Of a DNA stretch of 64,000 bases, positions 41,101 to 55,000 are shown piece by piece. This DNA comes from Nageia nagi. Its lineage: Eukaryota > Plantae > Pinophyta. The stretch is from the NCBI GenBank assembly GCA_050084985.1, contig JBITNC010000001.1:205654001-205718000 (forward strand), written 5' to 3'. A model generated the notes under the pieces. The model searched no databases. It saw only the letters and a list, made by a program, of their open reading frames with translations, and was not told where the DNA came from. A program made the translations under genes and the position numbers. Position 1 is the first letter of the stretch, and each line of letters opens with the position of its first letter.

Positions 41101-43765
41101 AGGAGCCAAACTAATTAAACAAAAAAAAAGAAAGATTCATCCCTCTAAAGCATTGTTAGTTAAGAAAGAAATTGAAAAATATTTGAATGCTAGATTCATT
41201 AAACTAATTGATTATTCATAATGGATGGCTAACATTGTTCCTATTACAAAACCTATTGGAGATATAAAGGTTTGTACTAATTTTTATGATATCAATAATG
41301 CTTATCCAAAAGATACTTTTTCATTGCCTAATATTGATAAGCCTATAAATAGTATTGTTGGTCATGATACTTTGTATTTTATGGATGGATTTTTTGGATA
41401 TAATAAAATATTAATCAATCTAGTTGATCAACATAAGACTACTTTTACTACACCCTAGGAAACTTTTTATTGGAAGGTTATGCCTTTTGGATTGAAAAAT
41501 GTAGGTGCCTACTAAAGGGATATGGTGTTAATATTCCATGAGCACATTCATAAATCAATAGTTAAATAAAAGTAAGGCCAAGACCATTTGGGGCTCCCTG
41601 AAGAGGTTTTTTTTAATTATATAAAGTACAAGGTTAGACTAAAAACTAAAAAGTGTGCTTTTGTTGTCACTTTAGGAAAATTGCTTGGATTCATTGTATC
41701 AAAAGGGTATTGAGGTAGATCCTAAGAAGGTAAAAGCCATATTAAGCATGCCAACTCCAAAGAACCTCAAGAAACTAAGGATTCTTCAAGGAAAGATAAA
41801 TTCAAGGCATACAATTGAAGACTTGATAGCATAATTCCCTCAAAATGATGGTACAATGGTGCACAAAGAATTCCCATATGAGCATAATGAGGAAACATGC
41901 AGCCAATGATGTGCAATACTAATTAAAGGTAACCAAATATGTGATAGTGAAGAAATGATGACCCCATATGAGTTTGTGTGCTACATGGTAGATGAATCTA
42001 TAACATGGACTCTATATTTTGATGGATAGAAATATTCTTATAGAGTGGGGGAAGATATTGTTTTAGTGTCACCTACAAATGAGATAATTCCTATGGCTTA
42101 TAAACTTGGATTTGAGTTCACTAATAATATGGAAGAGTATGAAGCTCTAATTTTAGGATTTAAAGCAACTATAACTTTGAATATAAAATATTTAAAAATA
42201 TATAATGATTCATAGCTTTTGGTAAATCAAGTTAATGATACATACAATACAAATGATGAGAAGTTAAATCCATATAAGATAGTAGTTGCTAAATTACTTG
42301 ATGAGTTTAATAGGTACAATATTCAAAACATTCTAGGAACTAATAATAGGTATGCAGATGTAATAGAAAGTGCAACTTCATTGGATCCAAATTAGATAGA
42401 ATATGAAGAAATCATTCATAATATTAGAAAGCTTGGTACACCTTCTTACCTTGATCACATAGAGCAAGTAAATGTATTTCACCTTGATCTAGAAGATGAT
42501 TATGAGTAATGGTATGTTGATATCTACATTTATTTAAAAGATCAAATAATTCCTTCAAGTTACCATAGAAGTGAAAGAGTTATATTAAAGAGGATAGCTA
42601 TTAAGTATAAGATTATTGTTGAACTATTATATAAAAGGTCATTTGATGGTGCTTTTTTAAGATATCTAACACAAATTGAAATAAAAACTTTATAAAAAAC
42701 CACATGATGGGTTATGTAGAGGACATTTGAATGAAAAAGCATTGTACACTAAGCTTTTAATAATTGTTACAATTGGCCTACAATGGAAGAGGATTGCAAA
42801 AATTATGTTAAGACCTATTTACAATGTGAAAAGCATGCAAATTTTGAGAAACAACCAACTCAAGAGTTAAATTCCATAACTTCACCATGGCCTTTTGCAA
42901 CATGAGGCATATATTTGATTAGGCTTATCAATCTACATTACAGAGAAGGTCACAATTTCATTATCATAGATACATAGTTTACAATAAAATGGTTTGAGGC
43001 CATTCCAATGAAATTAGTCTCACAAGATAAGATTATTGCATTCTTGATAGAGAATATCATCACTAGGTTTGGGGTGCTACAAAGTTTGATCATAAATAAT
43101 GGGCCAAATTTTAAATGTAAAGACATGAAATCCTTTCATAAAAAGTTATATATTGCTCAAATATTTTCTTCAATCTATTATCCTCAAGGGAATGGTCAAG
43201 CAAAAGCATAAAATAAAAAAATAAAGAGCATTTTATCAAATACTTGGGATAGATATAAGGTGGATTGGAATAATAGTTACCTTATGCATTATGGAGATAT
43301 AAAATAAGTATTAGAATAGCCACTAAAAAAACACCATTTTAATTAGTCTATGGAGATGAAGCTATAGTACGATTAGAACTAGAGTTGCCATCCCTAAGAA
43401 TCTCACTATAGGGAGAAATACTAGATGAAGAGGTAAGAAAAGGTAGATTGTAACAATTGGAATCACTTGATGAGAAGAGAATCAAGGAAATTGAACATCA
43501 AAAATCTTACCATGCAAATTTGAAGAGGGAATTTGGAAAGAATAACAAACCAAAGGAATTCAAATTGGGATACTTGGTATTGAAGAAAATATTAAGAAGA
43601 CACCTACAAATGATGAAGTAAAAGGAAAATTTGAACCAATTTGGTTGGATGCAATTGTTGTAGTTGAAGCAATAATATTAGGATATTACAAATTATAATC
43701 AATGTATGGAAAATAAGAATAAAAAAGCTTCAATTCCATGCACCTTAAATGCTTCTTTACAAAAG
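38140..43765 (+). pseudogene. pol: gag-pol of element B
   Basis: Knuckle YCTYHQRKDHSTYFC; protease LVENGSMVNL..LLGRPW; RT FMDGFFGYNKI, VMPFGLKN; aRH WTLYFDG..TNNMEEYEALILG; integrase YYPQGNGQA. Confidence 0.93.
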
Positions 43766-43929
43766 ATAGTGGATTTGTACCTTGCAAAATAATGAATATT
43801 TTATGTAAGGTACATGTATTTTAGTTTTTATTTTCATTTCTATAGTTGCTTTCATGTTTGTAATGTAGTTAGTGATGTGCATAATTGTATGCATGCCATT
43901 ACAATAATTAAAAAAAATGAAAAAGGTAA

Positions 43930-44670
43930 TAAATATCTATGGACCAGACACATATAAAAACTAGGTCATTGATAGCCATTGATATAGCTAGTGAGAGTTC
44001 ACTCACTTAAAAGTTAAACTGATGATGTAGATGTGTGCAAGATGTTGATATTGATTCATCCTCAGTGGATGATGCAAATTTTTATGTATCCACATGGATT
44101 TTTATTTGAACCATACAAAGCATATCTCAGGGTCATGGACATACAAATTTATAACCAATGATAGCAATTGATATGGCTAGTGAGAGTTCACTCACTTAAA
44201 AGTTAAACTAGTGATGCAACCATGAGCAAGATGTTGAAATTAATTCATCCTTAATATATGATGTAACTTGATATGTATCCACATTATTTTTTCTTTGAAC
44301 TATACAAATCATAATGTCTTAGGGTTATGGACATATAAATATATAACAACTAATAGCCATTGATATGACTAGTGAGAGTTCACTCACTCAAAAGTTAAAA
44401 CAATGATGCAACCATGAATTAGATGTTGTTATTGATTCATTATCAATGGATGATGCAAATTATTATGTATCCACATGGTTTTTACTTTGAACCATACAAA
44501 ACATAATGTATCAGGGTCATGGACATACAAACATATGACTTCTAATAGCCATCGATACGACTAATGAGAGTTCACTCACTTAAAATAAAAATTGATTATA
44601 CAATAGTAAGTAGATTCCTGATAGTCACTCATCATCAATGGAAAATTCAACTCATTATGTATCTAAAATA
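43930..44670 (+). repeat. Four units of the approximately 190-bp 3' UTR tandem repeat
   Basis: Cores at 43987, 44176, 44367 and 44559 (spacings 189, 191 and 192). Confidence 0.92.
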
Positions 44671-45127
44671 TTTCATGCAAGGTATATCTAAAACTTTTTG
44701 TAGGTGCCTACATCAAAAGAATGAAGCCATCTAAAAAACAAATCACGTAGTTAACCACATTCCACTACCAACATGCTATTAGTAGTGTGAATATCAAATA
44801 ACTAAGACCTAAAATTAGAGGACAACTTATGTATCAAGGCATGGATGTGAGAGCATCATATTCCCTAGTATCAAAAATGAAGGGATGGCTAGATCCATGG
44901 TTAAATAATATAAGGGACAAAAAGATGAAGTTCTTTAGGTTTTATCTTGATTACACCATTTAAGGAGCTTTCCTAGGGAAACCAAGATAAAAGGAGGAAA
45001 CATAGGACCCCCATCATAATTATCATCAAATGTCAATATTGGATGCAAATTTCAAAAATCTCTTCTACACTTCTTGTTTGGATATGTAATTTCATTTCTT
45101 CAATCACACCTCCAAAGAGGGGAAAAA

Positions 45128-45750
45128 TGTAGATGCCTAAAAATAAAATTATTATTTATTAAATAATTCATTTTATAGAATCAAGGAATATGTATTATTA
45201 AGAGGGTTAAAATATACCCAAGGTAATGTAATGTAACATGGTACAATGTAATAGGTGTCAAATATCAAAAGAGACACCACAAATAATGTAAAAGGTAATG
45301 ATCCAAAGAATCAAAGAGGATCAAAATATTGCTATAAAATAATATCAAAGGCAACATAAAGATCATAGAGATACATCAATGAATATCAAGAGAAAGAGAT
45401 TAGAACATACAATATCATTTTTACCTAACCAACAATGGTATTTTGTAACACTACCTTTGCATAGATATGTTAAACCCTTCATTCTTCTTTGTATATCTTT
45501 ATTTCTATTTGTGGATCTACATCTTTCACACAATTAATGATGTACTCTTAGGCCATTAGTGGCTTTTGTTTCTTATGATGTGTTATGGTGATTGATGTGT
45601 GATCTTTATTATTTCATTTGGATGTAAGATGTATGAAGGTATATTGTTTATCATGTTCATTTGATGCCATATTTTTGATACATGCTTCAATATTATATTG
45701 TAGATAAATAGTATGTCAATTTATTATTTATGCATGATTTGAGTTCTAAA
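45128..45750 (+). repeat. 3' LTR of element B
   Basis: tgtagatgcctaaaaat...ttctaaa, followed by the TSD aatat. Confidence 0.93.
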
Positions 45751-46098
45751 AATATTATTGTGATATATCATGTGTATAAAAATATAGAAATAGTCATCAA
45801 TGATATTTATTGGTATATGGTTGTAAACCATAATAATCACAAAAATACTATGGGGCATTTCCACCCATGATTCATTTGGATAGATGGTTATGCTTTCAAA
45901 AAAAGCTTTATTTCTAAATTTTTTCTTGCATAATTATTTATTTCCTTGCTGCAAAAGAGCATCAAATTAAAAAAGGGGGCATGGAGTGGATGATCATCAT
46001 GAACAAAAATTTTAGGGAAGTTTTCTTTATCTTTTACTTTGGAATGTATAATTTTTAAATAATTGTATCTTTCAAATATACTTCCAAAGTGGGGTAAA

Positions 46099-46820
46099 TG
46101 TAGTTACATAAATTTAATTTGTATAATTACTTATAATAATTAAAAATCTATTTCATATTATTACATATTTCATTATAATCTAGAATAGTGGACTAATGTG
46201 TATTATATTTTTTTGGTGACATCGACCAAAGGGGTGGGTTATATCTTGAAGTCCCCTATATATCCCCTATACACATCAGTATACTATCAAGATATATTTG
46301 GTAACTTAATATAATCTTGATAATGGTATATTACCCTATAGGTATTCTTTAACACTACTTTATCAAGATTGGAATTTGGATACTCTATCTATCTTATGTG
46401 AGAAATTATTCTATTATTGTACATATTTATGATATCTAGGAAGGTTAATGAAGAATCGATATTGATCACGATGCATACTACAAGAGGAATGAAAATGATT
46501 CATTGAGGATACAAAATTACCTATTAAGGATTAAAAATGATTATTGAGGAATAATGATGAACCATTGAGAATTGATGATGACCCTTTTCTGATAGATTGA
46601 TGAGCTATGATTTCTATGGTATCCCCATCTTATTGTTGCTCATCATGTCTTGCTTCCTTTCATCTATAAAAAGTAAGTATTTTATTTGACATCTTATTAG
46701 GCATTTGTTTTCTATTTATTGAATATCATTTATTTCTTCTATCATTTATCTTTGGTCATTTTAGTCTAAGTATGCATTGAGACTATTTATTACTATTATT
46801 TTCATTTTTCCCATCCTAAA
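46099..46820 (+). repeat. 3' LTR of element C
   Basis: tgtagttacata...ccatcctaaa, preceded by the PPT. Confidence 0.88.
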
Positions 46821-48978
46821 GACATAATGCAAGGAGCATAAATTCTATTTAAAATAAAGTATAATATCATAATATGCCATAAAATAATAATAAAATAAAC
46901 AATCAAACTAAAACTTGATCTTGAATTTAATATATGCAATTTAAACACCAAGCCTATATGATTTTTCAAGATAGCAATCCTATATGATAAGACTAATGGT
47001 GATAGTTAGAAATAGTGATTATCTTATCTAATTATTTGATGTCCAATTGGAATTGTATCTTATTAATGAAGATTAATTTTATGTTCTTTTCCCTTCTTAT
47101 TTTATTTATCTAAGATGAGTCTAGATAGATGTTTATGGGTAAAGCTTAATCTTTAAGGGAAAGAAAATAAATTTCATGTGTTGTGCTCTTATGTATGCTT
47201 ACCTTAGGCATGAATTCTATGTGTGAGTAAGAGCCTTAGGAATAAATTCCAAGTTCCCTAATGTTCCTAGGCTCAATTTGATTATTAATGTTCCAAAACT
47301 AATTTCCACACCAAATGTATGCAAATAATCCCTCCTAAGTATGATAGATTTTATCTAGATCATAAGTGTGAAAGGCAATCCTATGATGAGAATAACAATC
47401 AAATTTTATCTAGAGAAAATTAAGTGTGCAAAATCTAACCTATTTTCTCTAATTCTAACTTAGCTACTATAATTTATGATATGATAAACCTATTTTATAA
47501 GGCTCTTTTTGCTAACCAACCTATACTAGTTCGATTAGTAGTACTAGTCAATCAACTGATAAATAGTCGATAGATTGACCACATGTGTACCCAAAGAAAA
47601 TGATTATCTCCTCAAATATAAAAAATAATACTAAAATTATACTAGTAAAGAAATTTTCTTCTTGAATTATAAAATTTGATTTATGATAAAATTAACAAAA
47701 TTTTAAACTATGGTAAATCAACCTTAAGAGGATTGATTACTATTGATCTATTTGATAATTATTGATTGAAAGGTACGATTGTGATAAATTGGGATTTTTA
47801 GATCTATTTTTGACTATTTTCAAGAAGAAGACCTAAATGAATCACCCAAAATCAATAACAAAATTTGATTAAATTATCAAAAATTGGAACATAATAAGTA
47901 TGTTCAAAATCAAGAATAAGGCTCAAGGGATTCTTCTCTCAGTTTTAAATGACTTGGTTCCTTTCATGTAGGGCTCATTATTTTTTTCATCCTAAAATTC
48001 CTACATAAGTGGGATAATTAGTCCATATATTTAATATCTCTAAGAACTTCAAGAATGCTAATCAATTCTTATGATATGATTTTATCATAATTCTAAGAGA
48101 CAAATATATGACCTTTTTTTTATAAAGATTATTGATACAATATATTTTTTTATATTTTTATTTGTATACTTACAAAATAAGATTTTAATCCCTAAATTCA
48201 ATCTAACATGATAGGGGGAACCTCAACCTTAAGACTCACAAGTAGGGAGTTAACCCTAATCTAGGGTGTATGTAGGTCCTTTAAATCCCAATCAAAAATT
48301 GTGTAGAATACCAAGGTATGCTCAATAAATGATATGATAATGCTTTTATATAATTATTTATTATAATAAATATTGTTAATAATGATAAATAATATGATTA
48401 ATATAATGATATATGATATGATAATAATTTAATATCAAGAAACAATGTAAACCTAGATATAAGAGAATTCTAGCCTACCCATAATGCTGATTATGATTTT
48501 TTACTGTGCAAATGATAATTGGTATGTTCATAATTATGATAATATAAATCCAACATAAATATAGCATGATATTAGGCTAATATGTAAGCTAAATGCATAC
48601 AATCATAGAGTGTATCCAAAAACTACCTAACAAAATGTTGAATTCCCTCTCCAAACCCAATAAAATGCTCAATAATGATGTTAAGTGCTTGAATGTTTAC
48701 TACTTAGAATTCTTAGAGATTGATAAAAAAACTTGAAAAATTATAAAAGTGTTTTGATTTTGATCTATAATATTTCTATTATCAACACCTATTTTAGGTT
48801 TGGTTGACTAATTTTCAATTGGTAGGATGATTGTAGTGAGTGTAAGATCAATAGAATGATTATGAGATTGATAGATTGATTAAGATTATGATTGATTTTG
48901 ACTATTTTTCTCAATTTTTTTCTTTAGACAAGATATCACCTATGTAATATAAAAAATGTAATTTTAGGGTGTTTATAT

Positions 48979-49520
48979 TATTATTCCATCTATTATGAAG
49001 AACCTTAAAAGTATGTAATGATATCCATACTACAACTATGTTTATCTCCAAGATTATTAGAAGAGACATTATTGTGAAGGTTGAAAATTGATTCCATTAT
49101 TTCAAACATGCAAAATATTCTTATGGAGATTATTTGTGGTGTAAACATGCTAGTTAATCCATCTAGTTTGAAAAAAAATACACTATTAGTATGTAAAATT
49201 ATGAAGAACCTTTGATTATTGTAATACTATAGTTTAAAAATACACTATTAATATATAAAAATATGAAAAAATAAACTTATGTGATTCATAACATGCCTAT
49301 TATTCCATTTATTATGAAGAACCTTTGAGTATGTGATGATTGCCATACTACAACCAAGTTTATATCTAATATTGTTGCAAGGGACATTGTTGTGAAAGAT
49401 GCAAATAAATTCCATCATTTCAAAAATGCAAAATATTATTATGAATATTATTGGATATGCAAACATGCCTATTATTCAATCTATTTTGAAATATAAATGC
49501 ACTATTAATAAGTAAAAATA
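48979..49520 (+). repeat. Diverged tandem duplication with a period of about 319 bp
   Basis: tattccat.tattatgaagaacctt...ccatactacaac...tgcaaaatatt occurs twice (ttatgaag at 48993 and 49312). ttatgaagaacct recurs at about 49199 and 49593. Confidence 0.8.
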
Positions 49521-50304
49521 TTAAACCCTAATAGCCATAACATTTGATGAATGCACCTTTGCAAGTATTTCTCTAGCATTATACAAGTCATTTATGAAGA
49601 ACCTTTGAGTTACTCTTATTGCATTATTCCTAAGATGAATCATTATACATGAATTATTTAACTTATTGGTTGTGCAAGATATCTTAACAAAACTTTAAAC
49701 TTCATGGCCAAATTACCCAAAAAACCCGAATTAGGTGTTTGTATATGTCTATTTGGTGCTTATAGATAATATAAGAATGTAGAAATAGGATAATTTATGG
49801 AAATAGTTTTTTATTATATCCTAAATATACTCTCTTATTTATGTTATTTTTGGTGATGGAATCAAGCTAAATACATACAAAAAAGATGAAATATAAAGTG
49901 CATCCAAAAACTACCTAGATGTACTTGGATTATGGTTAATAAATAGGTTCATACATTTTCATGGTAAAAAATCATATCTAAATACACAATAAATTTACTA
50001 AGAGTTAGAGAGATTATCTCAAATGATGAAACCCTATTTTCACTTATCATGTATTTTAATTTATCTTATGTTTGGTCCTTATGAAACCTTAGCTATTTTA
50101 GGTGATAGTCTTTTCCACTATAGTGAGAAACCTAGTAATTGATTTTGTGCTATTAAATACATAAACCAATTACAATGAAATGGGTTTTCATCAAATATTA
50201 TTCTACATGTATGTAAAATATCAAATAATACACAAGGTATGAGAATTGTTTGTGAAGATACATAGTGAAAATATGTTTTCATGGACTATAATGATCACAA
50301 TATA

Positions 50305-52052
50305 TGTAGATAAGGGTTTATCATCGAATGTTGTGGTTGTAAAATCATAGCTAAGATTTTTTAAAATGACTACTATTTGTATACATATCTCTACTTGCTA
50401 AAACTAGAAAATATTATACATTTAAAAAAATACCTATTATAGAGCTAAATGCTTGCTAATTTATAACCACCACTACTCATCAAAGCTCTTTGCAATAATG
50501 TCTCCAACTAGTAATGAACAATGCATTTTTAATAATAAGTCAATGATCTCATGATAATAATTAATTCAATGTAGGTGGTTGGTGAAATTCAAAATCATGT
50601 AAGGTGATATGATGTCCTTAAAATACATGATAAGGGATAAATACATTATGTTTATCTCCCCTAGTAAAACTAATAAGGGATTTTTACTAAGGGATAGAAA
50701 CCTTATGTTTAACATGGGATAAAAAAATTATGTTTGTACAAGGGGATAAAAATACTTTCTTTATGGAGGGATAAACACATTATGCTTATTTACAAAATAA
50801 ATGTATTATCTTTACTAGAAGATAAATGCATTGCATTTATGTGGGGAAAAATACATTATTTTTACTAATGGATAAATAAAATAACTTTATTCTTTCTTAA
50901 AAAATAATATATTTATATTATATTAAATATAATTAATTTATAAGTACATGTACCATGCCCCATGTATTCATGTACTTCACGATGATTTTAAGCCCAAAAG
51001 TGGGTGAGTTCCACCAATGTTGGCCAATGGGGAGGGGTATTTATGAGGATGGATAGTCTTATCCTTTACTTAAACATATACTTATGTATTTAGAAATGAT
51101 TTATTATTTAGAGGGAATATCAATACTTTGTATTAAAATATCAAGGGCTAATGTTAGATTATTCAAAATGTATTATATTATATGACTTACAATGTAAAGT
51201 AAAAGTTATTCCAAAGTATTGAATATTTTGTGTTGGAATTGAATTGATAATATATCTTAATGAAAAAACCTACAAGATCTCTATGATAATTACTATAAGG
51301 AAAATACATTGTACAATACATCACTACATCTCTATGCTAAGTTTGATGATCTTTCATGCTAAAGTATATAGTTTCATGCCCTCTTGGAAACTTTAAAATG
51401 TATATCTAAAGTCCTAAACTCATCCATTAGCTCTCAAAACTTCTAAAACATAAAAATTATCAAAGAATAAGATCCCATAAATCCTATCATCACTCAATGA
51501 TCCATTTTTTAGGTTTTTAACCCTTGAATATTTTTTATGCTTCCTAATTCATTACCCATCTTATATTTAACATCAATTTATTTATTTTATGTACTATATG
51601 CATATTTTAATTTATTATTTTACTTATATTAGTCTTAATTATTAACATATGTTGGAATATTTACCATTATCAAGGTTAGTCCTAACTTATTGAAATATCA
51701 AAGATAAGCATAAAATCTTTCCCAAAACCCTAGTTTATATGATCCATTTAATAAAGGTTTCAAGGCTTTTATTCATGGTTAGAAACTTAAAAATTAGGTG
51801 AATAAGTATTTTTTATTAAGTTCCATGTGATTGTATGTTAGATATAGGACTACTATCTTCCTTTAATTTGAAGTATCATATTTCTAGACCTTTTGTATAC
51901 CATAAATATGAAATTATTAATTCAATTTTTTTTATCATTACTAAATAATTATCATATTTCATATTTATTTTTTAATCAAAGAAAATATTATATTTAGTAG
52001 ATCAAATTTTGTAAATGGTTTTATTTTATCTATATTTGTGGTGAACCTAACT
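50305..52052 (+). mobile_element. Candidate LTR (50305-52034) plus Trp-type PBS of another non-autonomous element
   Basis: Inverted termini tgtagataa...ttatctata, followed by tttgtggtgaacctaac. No partner LTR in the window. Confidence 0.5.
50634..50890 (+). repeat. Minisatellite of about 25 bp, roughly 9 diverged units
   Basis: gggataaa.acattatgttta-like units in tandem. Confidence 0.75.
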
Positions 52053-55000
52053 TTTTCTTCAAGAATAAATCTAGTTTTTATTTGTTGTATAATTATGCTA
52101 AACCTCAAAATTTATCATGTATAGTTTAAATAATTTTTATGGACATTAAAATATGGTGTGTATAATATTTAACACTTTACATGAACCTATTATAGTAGAC
52201 AAATATAGAATGAAAGTGAAATAAAGAAACAAAAGTGTTTCTTCATAGAGATCAAAATTGAGTAAAAGATTAACAAATAAGATAAAAAATACAAAATAGA
52301 GACAAATTATTAAAAATTTCAAAGAAAAGCATTAAGTTAGTGAATACTATGACTATGAGATAGCTAGAATAGACATAAATGAGGACATATACAAATTATA
52401 TATATATATGTTTTTTATTATAAGGGAGACACAAAAAAGGATTAATTAGAAACATGAAGTCATCAAGATTAACAAAATAAATATTATATTGAAATAAGGT
52501 AAATTATAAAAAATCAACAATTTTAGTTGAATTATGGTTAAGTAAAGGGATATAATCATAATAAAATCATATAGAAAAAATACCTTCAACTAGAAGTACC
52601 TTTTTATATCTTACTAAAAAAATAAAGAAGACAAAAATTGATGCATTATATAACAATTGATGAATAGTTTATCCACACCATTATCATGAAACCTAATATC
52701 CAAAATTTTATCCTAATCCCATAATAAGCTTGTGGCATAGTTGATCCCCTTATTTCATATAATCATTCACCTACCAATTATTATATTATTTAGTGTCATG
52801 ATGAAATGAATCTCAAACATAAATCCATATGAAATAAATTATTTTTTTTACTCTCTTATGAATTATATAATCATTATGACATACCATGAGAGCTATATAC
52901 CTCATTAAGAATTAAATGCAACTTTATAGTTTTCTTAAAAAACCTAAAAATAAGATCAACATCAACCTTGTAAATGAATAAAGGCCTTACATTAATCATG
53001 TTTTTATCCTAAATTTAACTCAAAATTTATCCTCAACCTTATCTAAAAGTCCTTAACAACCTTCCAACATTGAAAATGTATAAGTAGTATATAAAATTTA
53101 TATAAAATAATATGATTCTCCACCTCCAGTAACTCAAAAATTAGCAAAATCCTAAAAAAATCCTTTATTAAGCAAAAATTAGAATAATTCATAATTGTGA
53201 ATTTAGAATTTGATGATGATATTGATGAGCATATAGTGATTAGTGATAGAGAAGATAATGGATGTGAATAAGAATAAGGAACCAAAAATGAACTTAGGGA
53301 ATTGTTAAAATATGACATATTAATATATGAAGAATCATAAATTTAAATAAATTTTATTCTCTATTTAATGGAAAGTGAACATTTCACAAAAAATTCAAAG
53401 GAAAAATAATAGAATATGTTAAGGTATTTTTAAATTTTTAAATGGTCATAGGTTGAATAAAACTAGAGTGTTTTCCAAGCTAGAAAAAAAAAATCAAGAT
53501 TAGTCTCAATCAAAAATTAAATTTTTTAAAAAGGATAAGAAAACATCAAATAATGATCAACCTTAACAACAACAAAGTTAATTTTAAAAATAGAATCAAT
53601 AACCTTCAAAAGCACAACTATAAGTGCCAAATATTTTTTTTTGGAAAGCATAATCAAAATTTGAAATGTTAATAAAATAATTCCAAAGGATATGGATAAT
53701 TTATTAATATCCAACCATATATATTACCAAACAAGTAATAATTTTATACCATTGAAATATTTATTTATGAAATAATTGATCTTATATGATTAGAAAATAA
53801 GAAAGAAATATAAAGTTCAAAATTTGAGAGAATTCAAGATTTAACATATCATGTAAGAAAGTTCTATAAATAGGTAATACATTTTTAGCATGATCATGAT
53901 CTTTTAGATATACTATTTACTTTCAATTCTAAGGGAGATGCTTTACACTTGTACTATACTATATTGATAACAAGTATTACAAGATACAAGATTCTTATAG
54001 AATAGTTTATGGAATAATATAAAGTTAACTAAGTATCATTGACTTATACAAATTTAAATAAAGAGATAAGCATCCATTCAATAAGTTTCTAAAGGTATGG
54101 AGAAAGGAAAAAAATGATGTTATAAACAATTCCAAATATCTTAAGGAAGCATTGATTTAGTCATTGTTACTAAAGTTTATACTTTAAGAATGGAAGAACT
54201 ACTGCTAGCAAAAATTATAAAAAATAATAAGTGCATCATATCAATGTGGTAATATTAAATTATAAGAACAACTTTAGAAATAAAATATTATTTTAGTAAG
54301 AAGGAAATAAGTGTTTTAATTAAGAAATAAGTGGTGGTCAATACAAAAAGGAAACAAGAAATAACTTAAACCACCCTTTTTATAAGAATATGTAGAAGGT
54401 ACACATGCTTTAGAGAAAGTATGAATTATATTTTGAACACTTTGATTGAGGGAAACCTCATTAATATCCCTCCAATATGACAACATTCATATCATAATGG
54501 TGTTCTATATGGATATATATTTGATGAGTTGTACAATTATCATAAGAATATTGGCCAAATTAAAAAATATTACAAAATTAAGGGGTATTATTTAGGATCT
54601 TATTGATTATAAAGAAATTTAATTTGATAATAAGTGTAAGAATAAAAAAACACAATAGAATAAAGATCCAACTTATATACAAAATTAAAAATTAAGGATC
54701 TATATAAATCCATTTTTTCAAAAGGAAAATTAGGTTGTAAATCAAGCATAAGGTATAATCAAATGGGTGGAATTGGTAAATTAACATAGTAGTATATAAT
54801 ATTAGGACTAACATAGTAGTAAATTAACATAGTAGTAAATTCCATTAGAATAGGATCACATCAGTCCTACATAACAAGTACAAAACTAGCATAGATACTA
54901 TTTTTGTACTATATCAACACCATTTTAGTCTAAGGTAAAGGGAGGTTGAATCAACTAACCTTGGAAATATGCAAACTTTTCATTGAGAACTTAGTTCCAA

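Larger units (their letters stand above)
37453..45750 (+). mobile_element. Ty3/gypsy Tat-type LTR retrotransposon B (near full length)
   Basis: LTRs 37453-38075 and 45128-45750, perfect TSD aatat/aatat, PBS at 38079, PPT aaagaggggaaaaa at 45114, and gag-PR-RT-aRH-INT remnants. Confidence 0.96.
29452..46820 (+). mobile_element. Non-autonomous LTR element C (hosts a LINE, element B and unassigned DNA)
   Basis: Paired LTRs 29452-30187 and 46099-46820, PBS tggtgaacttgaca at 30191, PPT ccaaagtggggtaaa at 46084. Flanks gactc/gacat match only partly. No pol of its own is seen. Confidence 0.8.

Noticed and set aside
44015-44060. CTGATGA in the 190-bp repeat as a hammerhead ribozyme core
   Set aside because: It is intact in only one unit, and there is no proper stem II closing onto GAAA.
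43930-44670. CRISPR-like appearance of regularly spaced palindromic cores
   Set aside because: The intervening sequences are homologous to each other, the period is about 190 bp, the context is a retrotransposon UTR and there are no cas genes.
54780-54842. Triple taacatagtagta repeat
   Set aside because: A short local slippage duplication with no further structure.
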